From the NCBI GenBank assembly GCA_934102215.1, contig CAKOSH010000003.1, positions 59,187 through 123,186 on the forward strand: a stretch of 64,000 bases of DNA. Reading direction: 5' to 3'. A program made the translations under genes and the position numbers. This document shows positions 48,334 to 58,911 of the stretch, piece by piece. This stretch comes from an uncultured Bacilli bacterium. GTDB lineage: Bacteria; Bacillota_I; Bacilli_A; RF39; UBA660. The notes below the pieces were generated by a model. The model made no database searches. It saw only the letters and a program-made list of their open reading frames with translations, and had not been told where the DNA came from. How positions within the stretch are numbered: position 1 is the first letter of the stretch; each line of letters opens with the position of its first letter.

Positions 48334-49344
48334 CTACCTATTTTTTAAACTTTCTATTACATTATGAAGATTATCTGCTTTGATAAGTTCAATATCATAA
48401 TTATTTTCTTCTTTTAATTTTAATGCTTCTTCATAATTACCGCTTGGTACGATAAACACTTTTGCTTTATTTTTAACAGCACCTTTTAGTTTATATTTAA
48501 CTCCATCTATATTGCCTACAGTTCCATCTGCTTCTATACTACCAGTTCCAGCAATAATATCTCCTTTAGTGATATCAAAGTCAGTAATTCTATTATATAT
48601 TTCAAGTGCACACATAAGACCTCTTGATGAACCGCTTTCATTATTTTTAAATACATATGTTACTTCTTCTTTGGTAGATACATTTTTAAGTACTGCTAGA
48701 TATATACCAATTGTTAAATCGCCGTTTTTATCTTTCTTTAATATTGCATAACATTCTTTTTCTTTATTATTTCTAAGTACTTTTATATTTAACCTATCAT
48801 TTTCATTATATTTTTCTTTTTCTTGCTTTAGTGTTTCATAACTATTTATTTTAACACCATTAATTTCTTTTATAGTGTCTCCTACTTTTAAATCATTATT
48901 ATCTTTATCAACAATGTACGTTACTTTTAAATCAACACTATTAACTATGTATGGTTTATTTGCTTCTTCATATGCAGCAATAATAGCATTATAGCTTGTT
49001 TCTTCTAAATATATCTTATTACGAAGATTAACCTCATCCATACCTTCATTATCTACTTTAACTTCACTTGCTGGTACTAAGTCCCATGAAGGTATCACAT
49101 AAGAAAGAAGTACTACTGGTAATATTCCACTTCTTGATGTAACATATGTTAAATTGAAACTACCTTCTTCAGTATATCTATTATTAGTTTCAATTCTATC
49201 ATTTAAATTAATAAGTCCACCTGGTGAATATACATTATAATCTAACTTTATAAAGAAAGTTGAAATTATTAATATAAATACTATATAAGACTTATAATTA
49301 TTTTTTATATCATTTTTTATATAATTTAATATCTTTTTTATCAT
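48334..49344 (-). CDS. YlbL-like membrane protein: TM, PDZ domain and Lon-protease C-terminal (S16)-like domain
   Basis: N-terminal TM, PDZ-like LKVGDTIKEINGVKI, C-terminal Lon_C-like region with GSS and Lys. Confidence 0.55.
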   Translation of the reverse strand: MIKKILNYIKNDIKNNYKSYIVFILIISTFFIKLDYNVYSPGGLINLNDRIETNNRYTEEGSFNLTYVTSRSGILPVVLLSYVIPSWDLVPASEVKVDNEGMDEVNLRNKIYLEETSYNAIIAAYEEANKPYIVNSVDLKVTYIVDKDNNDLKVGDTIKEINGVKINSYETLKQEKEKYNENDRLNIKVLRNNKEKECYAILKKDKNGDLTIGIYLAVLKNVSTKEEVTYVFKNNESGSSRGLMCALEIYNRITDFDITKGDIIAGTGSIEADGTVGNIDGVKYKLKGAVKNKAKVFIVPSGNYEEALKLKEENNYDIELIKADNLHNVIESLKNR

Positions 49345-49389
49345 ATTTTTCTCCCATTATTAATAGTATATCACATATAAGGAAATTAA

Positions 49390-50298
49390 ATGAAAAAAAT
49401 CAAATATGTAATACTTACTATAATTTTTATTATATTTATTATTAATATTGATATTGTTATTACTTCTGTAAAGAGTGCATCAATTATATTTTTTAATAAG
49501 GTTTTTGTGAGTATTTTTCCATTTATTATACTTAGTGATATATTATATTATTATAATTATCATTTATTCTTAAAAGATAATATTGGTGCATTTATATCTA
49601 AAATATTCAATATTAGTAGTAAGTCTAGTAGTATATTTTTACTATGTTTATTTACTAGTCATCCAGGAAATGCAATATACATTAAGAATATGCTTGATAA
49701 TGATGAAATTAGTTTAAATGATGCTTCTAATTTACTTTGTTATACATTTTTTCCATCAATTGCTTTTGTTATTGGAACAATTGGAATAAGTTTATATGAT
49801 AGTTATAAATTTGGATTATATCTATATTTAATATGCTTAATAAATAATATTTTAATTGGAATATTTTTAAGAAATAAGAATGATAATATTGATAGTGATG
49901 TTGTTATTAATAATAATTCTAATATTTTTGATGTTATTTCTAGTTCTATAATGAAAGGTATTAATACTTCATTTATCATTCTTGGAACTCTTATTATATT
50001 TACTATTATTATTAATTTAATTCTTAAATATATAAATATTAATTCATATATGATTGGTATTTTTAGTGGTATTTTAGAACTAACTAGTGGTGTTATTAAG
50101 ATAAGTGATATAAGTAGTAGTATCAACATTAAATTTCTTTTAACAACTCTTATTTTATGTTTTAGTAGTCTATCTATATTATTTCAAAGTTTTACTATAC
50201 TAAGTAAATATAAAATTAACATTAAAAAAATATTAATCGTTAAATTAATATTTTCTATTATGACTACTTGTCTACTGTATCTGTTCCATATAATTTAA
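49390..50298 (+). CDS. Polytopic membrane protein, possibly YlbJ-like sporulation integral membrane protein
   Basis: 8-10 predicted TM helices; adjacency to the ylbL-like gene as in Bacillus; no motif-level support. Confidence 0.35.
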   Translation: MKKIKYVILTIIFIIFIINIDIVITSVKSASIIFFNKVFVSIFPFIILSDILYYYNYHLFLKDNIGAFISKIFNISSKSSSIFLLCLFTSHPGNAIYIKNMLDNDEISLNDASNLLCYTFFPSIAFVIGTIGISLYDSYKFGLYLYLICLINNILIGIFLRNKNDNIDSDVVINNNSNIFDVISSSIMKGINTSFIILGTLIIFTIIINLILKYININSYMIGIFSGILELTSGVIKISDISSSINIKFLLTTLILCFSSLSILFQSFTILSKYKINIKKILIVKLIFSIMTTCLLYLFHII

Positions 50299-50878
50299 TA
50301 TTATAATCTTCATCACTTAAATGTATTGTAAGTATATTAAGTACATCTTTTTTAGTACTATTCTTTTTATTATCATAAGAATATTCATCTAATGAAAGAC
50401 CTATAAATTTATGACCACTTGTTGTAAGTTTATCTGGATCGCTAAAGTCCATTCTGTTTTCCATCTCTATTGTACGTATAAATTTTCTTTTATTTGTCTT
50501 ACTATCAGTATATGAAATTGTACTCAAATCAGTCTTTCTTCTACCTATTCTTTTACCTGATTCGTCTGTTATTTCTACATAACCATTTTTATCTGTTGTA
50601 TATATTTCTAATGTTCTTTCTTCTCCATTTTTGAATTTTAATTTGCATTTACTTCCTTCTTCATTACATGTTCCGCTTGATATACCTTTATTATTTATAA
50701 TATCATTATTTATATGTCTTGATATTGAAGCACTATATATTCTTATATCACTATCTTCTTCAATTACTTCATATGTTTGTTTTAGTTTTACTAATGTTGC
50801 TAAAAGTGATACTAATATAATTGATACTAATGTTATACTTACTATTAACTCGATTAATGTAAATCCTTTTTTATTCAT
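50264..50878 (-). CDS. Type IV pilin / pseudopilin-like protein (canonical prepilin N-terminus KGFTLIELIV)
   Basis: Class III signal peptide motif G/FTLIE with Glu+5 followed by hydrophobic helix. Confidence 0.7.
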   Translation of the reverse strand: MNKKGFTLIELIVSITLVSIILVSLLATLVKLKQTYEVIEEDSDIRIYSASISRHINNDIINNKGISSGTCNEEGSKCKLKFKNGEERTLEIYTTDKNGYVEITDESGKRIGRRKTDLSTISYTDSKTNKRKFIRTIEMENRMDFSDPDKLTTSGHKFIGLSLDEYSYDNKKNSTKKDVLNILTIHLSDEDYNIKLYGTDTVDK

Positions 50879-50888
50879 AGTTCCTCCG

Positions 50889-51389
50889 TTATAGCATTAT
50901 AGATGCATAATAATATTTTCCTTTTCTATAAAATACACCAACTATATAATTTATTGGTAATCCTGTATCGTCATCTAATTTCTTTAATGTTTTTATATAT
51001 TCTAGTGTTCCATTATCATATTTTTTTGTATTATAGTTTCCACTTGAATCTTTTGTTTTTAATGCATCTTCTACATTATTTATTTTTATAAAATATATTA
51101 AATCAGTATCTTTAAATACTTGAGTGCAGTTACTTAGTACTGTTCCCATAGTAGTACTTGTGCAGTTGTCTTTAGAAGCAATCATGTCATTTTGATAACT
51201 TGAACCTGTTTTATTACCTAGTTCATTTATTGTCCACAATAGATATTTATCACTTGCTACATCGTAATATTTTCTTTCTTTTGATTTACTTTCTAATAAG
51301 TCATAACTTGAAAGTGACATTGCGAGTGCAAGTGCAACTACTATTAAAACTGTTACGCTTTCTATAAATATGAATCCATCTTTTTTCAT
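50889..51389 (-). CDS. Type IV pilin-like protein (N-terminus DGFIFIESVTVLIV)
   Basis: GFxxxE prepilin-like motif plus hydrophobic helix. Confidence 0.55.
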   Translation of the reverse strand: MKKDGFIFIESVTVLIVVALALAMSLSSYDLLESKSKERKYYDVASDKYLLWTINELGNKTGSSYQNDMIASKDNCTSTTMGTVLSNCTQVFKDTDLIYFIKINNVEDALKTKDSSGNYNTKKYDNGTLEYIKTLKKLDDDTGLPINYIVGVFYRKGKYYYASIML

Positions 51390-51390
51390 G

Positions 51391-52632
51391 TTATTCTCCT
51401 ATTACATATGGACTTGTTGAAAGTCCTGTACCACTTTCTATAACTGCATCTCCTCTTAATGTGATAACTGGAAATAATTTACCTGATGTTGAAGTTGTTA
51501 TTTCACTTAAAATTCCATTTGCGTCTAAACCAAAAAGATATGAGTCGTTAGAAGCTAAAGAGCTATTATATTTATACGCTTTTGGTGTCATTGTGTAATA
51601 ATAATTTCCATTAGATAAATAGAATGTACTTGATGATGTTTTACCAGCTCCTGCATATAAAAGTTCATCCATTGTAATTAAAGCTACTGGATATAATAAT
51701 TCACTATTTCCATTTGTTAGGGCAGTTGTGTATTTATCATTATCATTTATACAGTTAAATGAAGGACTACTACTATTAAATCTAAGTAAAGGGTCATAAT
51801 CTGTTGTGTTATTTCCATATCCAAGTTGTGTAGCTGAGCCTGTATATCCTTCACTACTTACTGTTATTTTTCTATCATTACAATAAATTGTATTAGCAAG
51901 ATATTTTGTAACATTATCACCTTTATTATATATATTGTTTTGTGTCCATGTTTCTAGTGCTTTCTTTGCGTTACTATCAGCTATTCCTTTGTGAGCAATA
52001 TCGTATGAAGTTGATGGTACTGTAGCATTACATGTTGTAGTATTTTCACATCCTTGATTTAATCCAACTCTAAATCCTATAAAAGCATTATCTTTTCTAG
52101 TTTGATTAAACATAGTTCCACTAATAGGAGCGGTAATTGTACCAGTTGGACAGCTTCCATTTATAGGTGTTCCTGCATATTGCATTCTTACAGCATTTCC
52201 TTCTGTAGTTCTAATTATTCTAAAACAAAATCCTGCATATATAACATAATTATTATTAACATTTCCTCTAAAATAATATACTTTAGTACCATTTATAGTT
52301 TTAGTTTGATCAATTGTATAATATAATCCTTGTCCATTTGTTGAACTAGATGGTATACTGAAATTTATTCCTGTAGTAGAGCTTACGTTTGTACTACTTA
52401 CATTATCAGGATAACTTAAATTATCTATTAAAATTCTATAATATAGTTTACTTTTTTGTTCATTTGAAACCTTTAAATCATTGTTAATTCTTTCGCTAAA
52501 AGTAGTTAATATTTTATTATTTCTTGAATATGTCTTAAGTATAGCAAGCATAACAAATAGAAATAATATTAAAAATGTATAAACAAGTGTTACTGATATA
52601 AATCCATTTTTATTTTTCATATTTTTCTTCAT
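51391..52632 (-). CDS. Large pilin-like protein (N-terminus NGFISVTLVYTFLIL, no Glu+5), Thr/Ser/Gly/Asn-rich
   Basis: Prepilin-like N-terminus lacking the +5 Glu, 413 aa, beta-rich low-complexity composition; first gene of a three-gene pilin-like operon. Confidence 0.45.
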   Translation of the reverse strand: MKKNMKNKNGFISVTLVYTFLILFLFVMLAILKTYSRNNKILTTFSERINNDLKVSNEQKSKLYYRILIDNLSYPDNVSSTNVSSTTGINFSIPSSSTNGQGLYYTIDQTKTINGTKVYYFRGNVNNNYVIYAGFCFRIIRTTEGNAVRMQYAGTPINGSCPTGTITAPISGTMFNQTRKDNAFIGFRVGLNQGCENTTTCNATVPSTSYDIAHKGIADSNAKKALETWTQNNIYNKGDNVTKYLANTIYCNDRKITVSSEGYTGSATQLGYGNNTTDYDPLLRFNSSSPSFNCINDNDKYTTALTNGNSELLYPVALITMDELLYAGAGKTSSSTFYLSNGNYYYTMTPKAYKYNSSLASNDSYLFGLDANGILSEITTSTSGKLFPVITLRGDAVIESGTGLSTSPYVIGE

Positions 52633-52700
52633 CTTGTACTCCTCTATTGTAATTATATAACAAAATAAAATAAAAATCTACACGTATATTAATGTGTAAA

Positions 52701-53519
52701 TTATTTATTTTCACTTACTACTCCTATACCAGAATATATATAAGAAAAAGTATTCTTAATATTATATGTGTTGTCCATTTCATTATCTATTCTTACTATT
52801 TTAGGTGGTATAGATATTAAGACATTAAATAACATTTTTTCTTCATCTGTTAAAGACAATGTTTCATTATATACCTTTAAAAGATATGGAAAATCTAATT
52901 TATAGCCTTCTTTTTTATAAAATTTATATAGATCAAGAATTGGAGTGTCAACCAAATAATTATCCCAACTGATTAAATAATTTTTATCTCCATGAATAAA
53001 ATGTTCAAATGAAACATTGTTATGATTTATACATACTCTTTCTTTTGATTTATATTCTACTATTTTGAACCACTTTTTTAGTTCTTCTTTAGCATACTTA
53101 AGCGATCCATCTATAGCACTATAGTTTCTTGCAAATAAATAATGTGATGGTGACATTAATTCTTCATTTTCTATTTCTTCTATAGCTTCTTCATAATATT
53201 TAGTTAAGTATTCTATATTTGATAACAATTTATTATATATTGTTTTATATTTATTCTTACTAACGTCTTTAAAAAACATTGTTTTATAGTGTAACATTGA
53301 TAATGTCTTTATAAGTTCTACGCCTTTAGATACTTCATGATATTTTTCTTCTTTTATATATTTAGTTGTTACTTCTCTATCATTTATATCTATTATTTCA
53401 GGGTAATTATCATATCTAACTGTATCAAGATATTCATATAACTCTAGTAAGTCATTATTTCTTTTTTTAACTACTTTGTCTTCATCAATTTGTACACTAT
53501 TTTTATACTTCTTACTCAT
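52701..53519 (-). CDS. CotS/YsxE-like (aminoglycoside-phosphotransferase fold) spore coat protein candidate
   Basis: FIHGDKNYLISWDNYLVDTPILDL resembles the APH/CotS H.D...N / IDxD blocks; located next to a LysM protein as ysxE-spoVID are in Bacillus. Confidence 0.4.
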   Translation of the reverse strand: MSKKYKNSVQIDEDKVVKKRNNDLLELYEYLDTVRYDNYPEIIDINDREVTTKYIKEEKYHEVSKGVELIKTLSMLHYKTMFFKDVSKNKYKTIYNKLLSNIEYLTKYYEEAIEEIENEELMSPSHYLFARNYSAIDGSLKYAKEELKKWFKIVEYKSKERVCINHNNVSFEHFIHGDKNYLISWDNYLVDTPILDLYKFYKKEGYKLDFPYLLKVYNETLSLTDEEKMLFNVLISIPPKIVRIDNEMDNTYNIKNTFSYIYSGIGVVSENK

Positions 53520-54183
53520 TTACTTCAGGTATAATTATCTTATCACCTATTTTTAGATCAGAGAGCGTATTATACATAGATAATTCTTCTTTAGTAATAT
53601 TATATTTATTACATATTGTATCTACTGTATCACCTTCTCTTAGAATGTAGATTTTATAGGTGTAATATTTATTTTCATTATTTATTATTGTATTTGTTAT
53701 ATTTGATATATTATTTTCTATATCAACGTCATTTATTACTGGTTCAACTGTCTTTTCTACTTCTTTAGGAAGTTTCATATCATCTTTAAAATAGTTATTT
53801 AAATAGTCATCTAATTCATCAGGCTCTTCTTCTATTTCGTTTTTCACTTCTTCTTTTGTTTCTTCTAATTCATCACAAGTAAGTAATAAATCAATATTAA
53901 CTTTTAATACATCTTTATTTATATCATATTTAAAATCATCTATATCTATTTTAATAGTATCTTTATCTACTTTTTTAGATATAGCTATACCAAATGGTAC
54001 TTTATATTCAAATTCTTCATCAATTACACTTGCTTCAGTCATCTTGTATGTACCATTTATATTTACTTCACCTTCAACTAAATCATCTAATATTTTATAG
54101 TCATGTTCTAAGCTGATATTAGTTATCTCTCCAATTTTAGTCTTGAAGATAATATCTTTTTTTAATGGAATAATTTCTTTCAT
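53512..54183 (-). CDS. LysM-domain protein, possible SpoVID/SipL-like coat morphogenetic protein
   Basis: C-terminal LysM YKIYILREGDTVDTICNKYNITKEELSMYNTLSDLKIGDKIIIP; acidic middle region. Confidence 0.4.
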   Translation of the reverse strand: MKEIIPLKKDIIFKTKIGEITNISLEHDYKILDDLVEGEVNINGTYKMTEASVIDEEFEYKVPFGIAISKKVDKDTIKIDIDDFKYDINKDVLKVNIDLLLTCDELEETKEEVKNEIEEEPDELDDYLNNYFKDDMKLPKEVEKTVEPVINDVDIENNISNITNTIINNENKYYTYKIYILREGDTVDTICNKYNITKEELSMYNTLSDLKIGDKIIIPEVNE

Positions 54184-54225
54184 ATATTCATCCTTTCTAA
54201 TTAAATATATGAAAAAAAATATCCT

Positions 54226-56544
54226 TTATGAGAATATTTTTTCGTATATTTCTAAATAATTACTTACAAGGACAAATTCTATATTATTTTTAAGATCTTT
54301 TTCTAACCATTCTATATCATTTAAGTTGTCTTTTGGTATAAATAGTTTTTCTATATTTTGTCTTTTACAAGCAATAGTTTTTTCTTTAAGGCCACCTATT
54401 TTAAGTATATCTCCATTAAGTGTTATTTCTCCAGTTAAAGATATTTTATCACTTATTATTACACCTTTTATATGTGAAAGTATTGCTGTTACGATTGATA
54501 TACCAGCAGATGGACCATCTTTATTAATGGCACCTTCTGTAAAATTAATATGAAAGTCATTATTTAAAAAGAAGTCTTCATCAATATCAAATCTTTTAGC
54601 ATTACTTTTTATATAACTAAGTGCAATCTCTATACTTTCTTTAGTAATACTACCAAGTGAGCCTGTAAATGTATATTTTCCAGTTCCTTTAAAAGAGGTA
54701 CATTCTATATATATTGATACCCCACCTATACTACTACAAGCAACAGCAGTAACTACCCCTGGATGAATTAGTTCTTTATATTTAGATTCTTTATATAATT
54801 CTTGTTCAAGATAATGTGGTATATCATTTTCTTTTATTCTAACACTTACTATTTTTCTTGATGATTTAATATGTTCTGTTATTACTTTTCTTATTATTTT
54901 ATTTATATCTCTTTCTAGTTCACGAACTCCTGATTCATTTGTATATTCATTTATTATTTTCTTTATGGCATCTGTTTCAAATTTAATAATTGTATTTTTA
55001 AGTCCATGTTTTTTTAATGCTGATGGGATGATGTAGTTCTCACTTATAAGTAATTTTTCATTGTCAGTGTATCCTGTTAAATCTATTATTTCAAGTCTAT
55101 CTAAAAGTGCTGGTGGTATATTAGATATATCATTTGCGGTTAATATAAATAATATTTTAGATAAATCTATTTCTTCATCTATATAATTATCAACAAATCT
55201 TTTATTTTGACTTACATCTAATATATCAAGTAATGTTGATGCAGGATCTCCTTTATAATCTTTTTTTAATTTATCAACTTCATCAAGTAAAAATACTGGA
55301 TTATTACTACCACATTTTATAAGAGAAGTAACTATTTTACCTGGGTTAGAACCTATGTATGCTCGTCTATGACCCACTAATTCAGCTGAATCACTCATAC
55401 CACCTAAAGATATTTTTACGAAATTTCTATCAAGTGCTTTAGATATTGATTCAGCAAATGTAGTCTTACCTACTCCAGGAGGACCTACTAAACATATAAT
55501 TGGACTAGATACTTCATCAGTAATACTTTTTACTGCGATGTACTCAATTACTCTTTCTTTAGCCTTTTTCATTCCATAATGAGTATCATTAAGTTTTTTT
55601 TCTATTTTAAGTAAATCTCTTTCATCTCTTGTTTCAGTGTACCAAGGTACATTTAATAAATATTCTATATAGTTTCTTATGATACCTGCATCAGGACTCA
55701 TTTCACTAGTAGCATTATATCTTTCTATTTCACTTAATAATTTATTTCTTATTCTCTCTGGATATTTAGGACTATTTGCAAGATTTCTATAATTTAATAT
55801 ATCTTCTTCTTTAGTATTAGTTTCACCAAGTTCATTTTTGATAACTTTTAATTTTTCTTTTAAAATAAATTCTTTTTGAGTGTCATCTAATCCCTTTTTA
55901 ATTTCACTTTCAATATGACCTTCAAGGTCTATTACAGCACTTTCAACAGCAAGTTCTTTTATCAATATTTTACATCTACTTATTGGGGAAGAATCTAACA
56001 TTAGATTAAGTTTCTTTTCAAAAGAAAGTGGTAAGAAATTAGCAATTACATCTGTTAATTTATCTAAATTGATTCCCCCTTTTACTTCACTCATTATAGA
56101 GTTACCAACAAATGGATTTTTATTAATATAAAGTTCTAATTCAGCCTGTAATTTTCTTTGATAAGCTACCCATTCTATTTCACTTTCATTCATTTCAATA
56201 TTAGTAATAATACTATCAAGAATATCTTCTTCATTTGAATAATTTACATAACTAATTATTTTAACTCTATAAAGACCTGTTATTATTACTCTTTTATTTC
56301 CATTAGGAAGATCAATAACACTATTTATTTTTCCAACTACACCTATTCTTGGTAAATCAGATGTATCAGGCTTTTCTTCTAAAAGATTTAGAGGGCATAC
56401 GATTAAGACTTCACTATCATGATATAATTTAGATATTTCAGTTACTTTCTTACTTATATCACTTTTTATTTCTACTCGTACTTCTTCTCCTGGAAGCAAG
56501 ACTAGTTTTTTTAACAAAATTACAGGTAAATTACTCTTAATCAT
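54226..56544 (-). CDS. lon: ATP-dependent Lon protease
   Basis: LON N-domain, Walker A GPPGVGKT, proteolytic DGPSAG. Confidence 0.9.
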   Translation of the reverse strand: MIKSNLPVILLKKLVLLPGEEVRVEIKSDISKKVTEISKLYHDSEVLIVCPLNLLEEKPDTSDLPRIGVVGKINSVIDLPNGNKRVIITGLYRVKIISYVNYSNEEDILDSIITNIEMNESEIEWVAYQRKLQAELELYINKNPFVGNSIMSEVKGGINLDKLTDVIANFLPLSFEKKLNLMLDSSPISRCKILIKELAVESAVIDLEGHIESEIKKGLDDTQKEFILKEKLKVIKNELGETNTKEEDILNYRNLANSPKYPERIRNKLLSEIERYNATSEMSPDAGIIRNYIEYLLNVPWYTETRDERDLLKIEKKLNDTHYGMKKAKERVIEYIAVKSITDEVSSPIICLVGPPGVGKTTFAESISKALDRNFVKISLGGMSDSAELVGHRRAYIGSNPGKIVTSLIKCGSNNPVFLLDEVDKLKKDYKGDPASTLLDILDVSQNKRFVDNYIDEEIDLSKILFILTANDISNIPPALLDRLEIIDLTGYTDNEKLLISENYIIPSALKKHGLKNTIIKFETDAIKKIINEYTNESGVRELERDINKIIRKVITEHIKSSRKIVSVRIKENDIPHYLEQELYKESKYKELIHPGVVTAVACSSIGGVSIYIECTSFKGTGKYTFTGSLGSITKESIEIALSYIKSNAKRFDIDEDFFLNNDFHINFTEGAINKDGPSAGISIVTAILSHIKGVIISDKISLTGEITLNGDILKIGGLKEKTIACKRQNIEKLFIPKDNLNDIEWLEKDLKNNIEFVLVSNYLEIYEKIFS

Positions 56545-56626
56545 GCTTCCTCCCTACTTGACTTATTATTATAAATTTAATTCAAAAAAATGTAAACCCA
56601 AAAAAGAAATTTTCACAAAAAAAGAG

Positions 56627-57568
56627 CTATAAAGTTTGACTTTGCTCTCTTTCTTTGACTTGTTTTTCAAAATTACGTTTATATGCACAATAAATTAAAG
56701 ATAATTTTTCACGAGTAAGTTCTCCATCATAACTAACAGTTTTATTCGCAGGCTTTTCTAAATGTTTTCTAATAGTGTCAACACTTGCTTTAGAAGATGA
56801 AGATTTTATCGCACCATATACTCTTGTAATTGGTGGTCTACTTGTAATTAAATCAGTATTTTCATAGAAAACTTTATCTTCTAATGATACAAGAGAAAGT
56901 ATTGCAAGTTCACTCATAATTTTTGAAGTTGGTACTTGTAATAAATCTAAATTTTGATTTATAAATTCACGAGCCTGTTCTTTACTAAATCCATCATTTA
57001 AAAATTTATCAATTATAAATTTATATGTAGCTTCCATTTGATCAATTGGAGCAGTCTTTTTATCTTCTTTTCTAAGTTCTGAATTAGTAGCTTTATCAAT
57101 CTCTATAAATCCAAATTCGTTATCTAGTTCTTGTATTACTGTAAAAAATTTATTTAATGGAATTTTTCTTGTTAAAATTCTTGGATAATTATAAAAAACT
57201 CTATCAGCTGCTTCTTTTGTTTTAAACATACTTAAAATAGTTGCTAATCTCTCACTATTTACTTCTAATAAATCTTTAAAATGTTCTATATATCTTATAA
57301 TGTCTTCTTCACTATAACCATCATTTTGCATTTTAAAATGTATAAAGTCATATGTGGCTTCCATTTCTTTATCATCAATATCTCTTATATGAGATCTAAC
57401 GTATAAAACTATTATCTTACTTTTAGTTTTTTCTCCCCATTTATAAAACATTTTTTCTCTATTACATGCATTCTCATGAATATCAGACATTTTTCTTCTA
57501 TCCATTCCTAATAATCTTCTATCTCCAGAATCTCTTAACATATCATTTTCCCCCTTAATAATGTGCAT
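56627..57568 (-). CDS. Hypothetical protein with two internal about 50-aa repeats (MEATYxFI...)
   Basis: Repeat blocks MEATYDFIHFKMQNDGYSEEDIIRYIEHFKDLLEV / MEATYKFIIDKFLNDGFSKEQAREFINQNLDLLQV. Confidence 0.4.
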   Translation of the reverse strand: MHIIKGENDMLRDSGDRRLLGMDRRKMSDIHENACNREKMFYKWGEKTKSKIIVLYVRSHIRDIDDKEMEATYDFIHFKMQNDGYSEEDIIRYIEHFKDLLEVNSERLATILSMFKTKEAADRVFYNYPRILTRKIPLNKFFTVIQELDNEFGFIEIDKATNSELRKEDKKTAPIDQMEATYKFIIDKFLNDGFSKEQAREFINQNLDLLQVPTSKIMSELAILSLVSLEDKVFYENTDLITSRPPITRVYGAIKSSSSKASVDTIRKHLEKPANKTVSYDGELTREKLSLIYCAYKRNFEKQVKEREQSQTL

Positions 57569-57628
57569 ATTATATCATATTTGATACATAAAGTCAATTG
57601 TTATATAAGTTTACAAAAAAAATCACTA

Positions 57629-58018
57629 TTACTTAGTGATTCTCATTGATTTTGATTCAAATAGTTCTAATACTTCACTATATTTTTGATAGATTCTTTG
57701 CTTTATGTTAGCAATTCTATTTATTGATGATTCTATTTCTCTTCTTTTATTAGGATCTTTTTCTGTATTTAACTCATTAAGAAGCTTATGTAATTTTACT
57801 GTTAATCTATTATATTCAGTATAGCATCTTTCCATATCTTCTATTCTTTTATCTATTTCATCTTTTTGAAAAGCAAGTGAACTATTATTACCTTTTTGCA
57901 TTTGTCTTATTATATTTATTCTCATTAATTTGTAGTTACCTATTTTTTCATATAATTTACTTATAAAGGTATAATCTCTTTCTATATTTAATTCATACAT
58001 TTTCATTATTCCTTTCAA
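57629..58018 (-). CDS. Hypothetical coiled-coil protein
   Basis: 129-aa ORF downstream of rbgA. Confidence 0.35.
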   Translation of the reverse strand: MKGIMKMYELNIERDYTFISKLYEKIGNYKLMRINIIRQMQKGNNSSLAFQKDEIDKRIEDMERCYTEYNRLTVKLHKLLNELNTEKDPNKRREIESSINRIANIKQRIYQKYSEVLELFESKSMRITK

Positions 58019-58911
58019 TATTTTATTTCATCAATTCTATCAAATGTTATATTTTTAACTTTTTCTTGTTTAATTGAATTAATGATTACTAAACTAACTT
58101 TTTCATAATCTACTTCACCTTTAACAGGTATATTTTTCTTTTTAGATATTTTAGTAAAACATTCTTCTACTTCATCATCATTATAATAATCAATTCCAAA
58201 TTCTTGTTTTAGAATATTAGGATAATACTTATCAAGCATTTTTAATATATGAATAGCTACTTCTTCTATAGTTATTACTTCTTCTTTAATAATTGTCATA
58301 CTTGCTAGATTATATGCGACAAGATTATTTTCAAATTTAGGCCATAATATACCTGGTGAATCGACGAGGTCTATAGTATCATTAATTCTAAGTGTTGTCA
58401 AACTTTTTGTAACACCAGGCTTATTTCCTACGCCAACTATATTCTTACCAACAAGTTTATTAATAAGAGTACTCTTTCCTACATTTGGAACACCAACTAT
58501 TAAACATTTTGCTTTTTTAGGAAGTAATCCTTTACTTTTTCTTTTCTCGTTAATAGATTTCATTAGTTTAGTAACTTCTTCTATTATCTTTTTATAATCA
58601 TTTGTATTTTTAGAATCACATGTTACTGTTATAAAACCTTCTTTATTATATTTTTCTATCCATTTACTTGTTTCATCTTTATCACATAAATCATATTTAT
58701 TAAACACAATTATGTTTTGTTTTTCTCTTGTTATTTTTGCTAAATCTGGTATCATTGATGAATATGGTATTCTTGAATCTATAACATTTATTACTACATC
58801 TATATTTGAAATAATATTTGTTATTTCTCTTTTTGTTTTAGTCATATGACCTGGATACCAGTTTATATTTGTTTTATTTTCGTTATTCATTGTTTTCACC
58901 TCTTCTTTCAA
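58015..58911 (-). CDS. rbgA: Ribosome biogenesis GTPase A (YlqF/RbgA)
   Basis: Circularly permuted GTPase: NKxD-like, then GVPNVGKSTLINKL (G1). Confidence 0.85.
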   Translation of the reverse strand: MKEEVKTMNNENKTNINWYPGHMTKTKREITNIISNIDVVINVIDSRIPYSSMIPDLAKITREKQNIIVFNKYDLCDKDETSKWIEKYNKEGFITVTCDSKNTNDYKKIIEEVTKLMKSINEKRKSKGLLPKKAKCLIVGVPNVGKSTLINKLVGKNIVGVGNKPGVTKSLTTLRINDTIDLVDSPGILWPKFENNLVAYNLASMTIIKEEVITIEEVAIHILKMLDKYYPNILKQEFGIDYYNDDEVEECFTKISKKKNIPVKGEVDYEKVSLVIINSIKQEKVKNITFDRIDEIKY

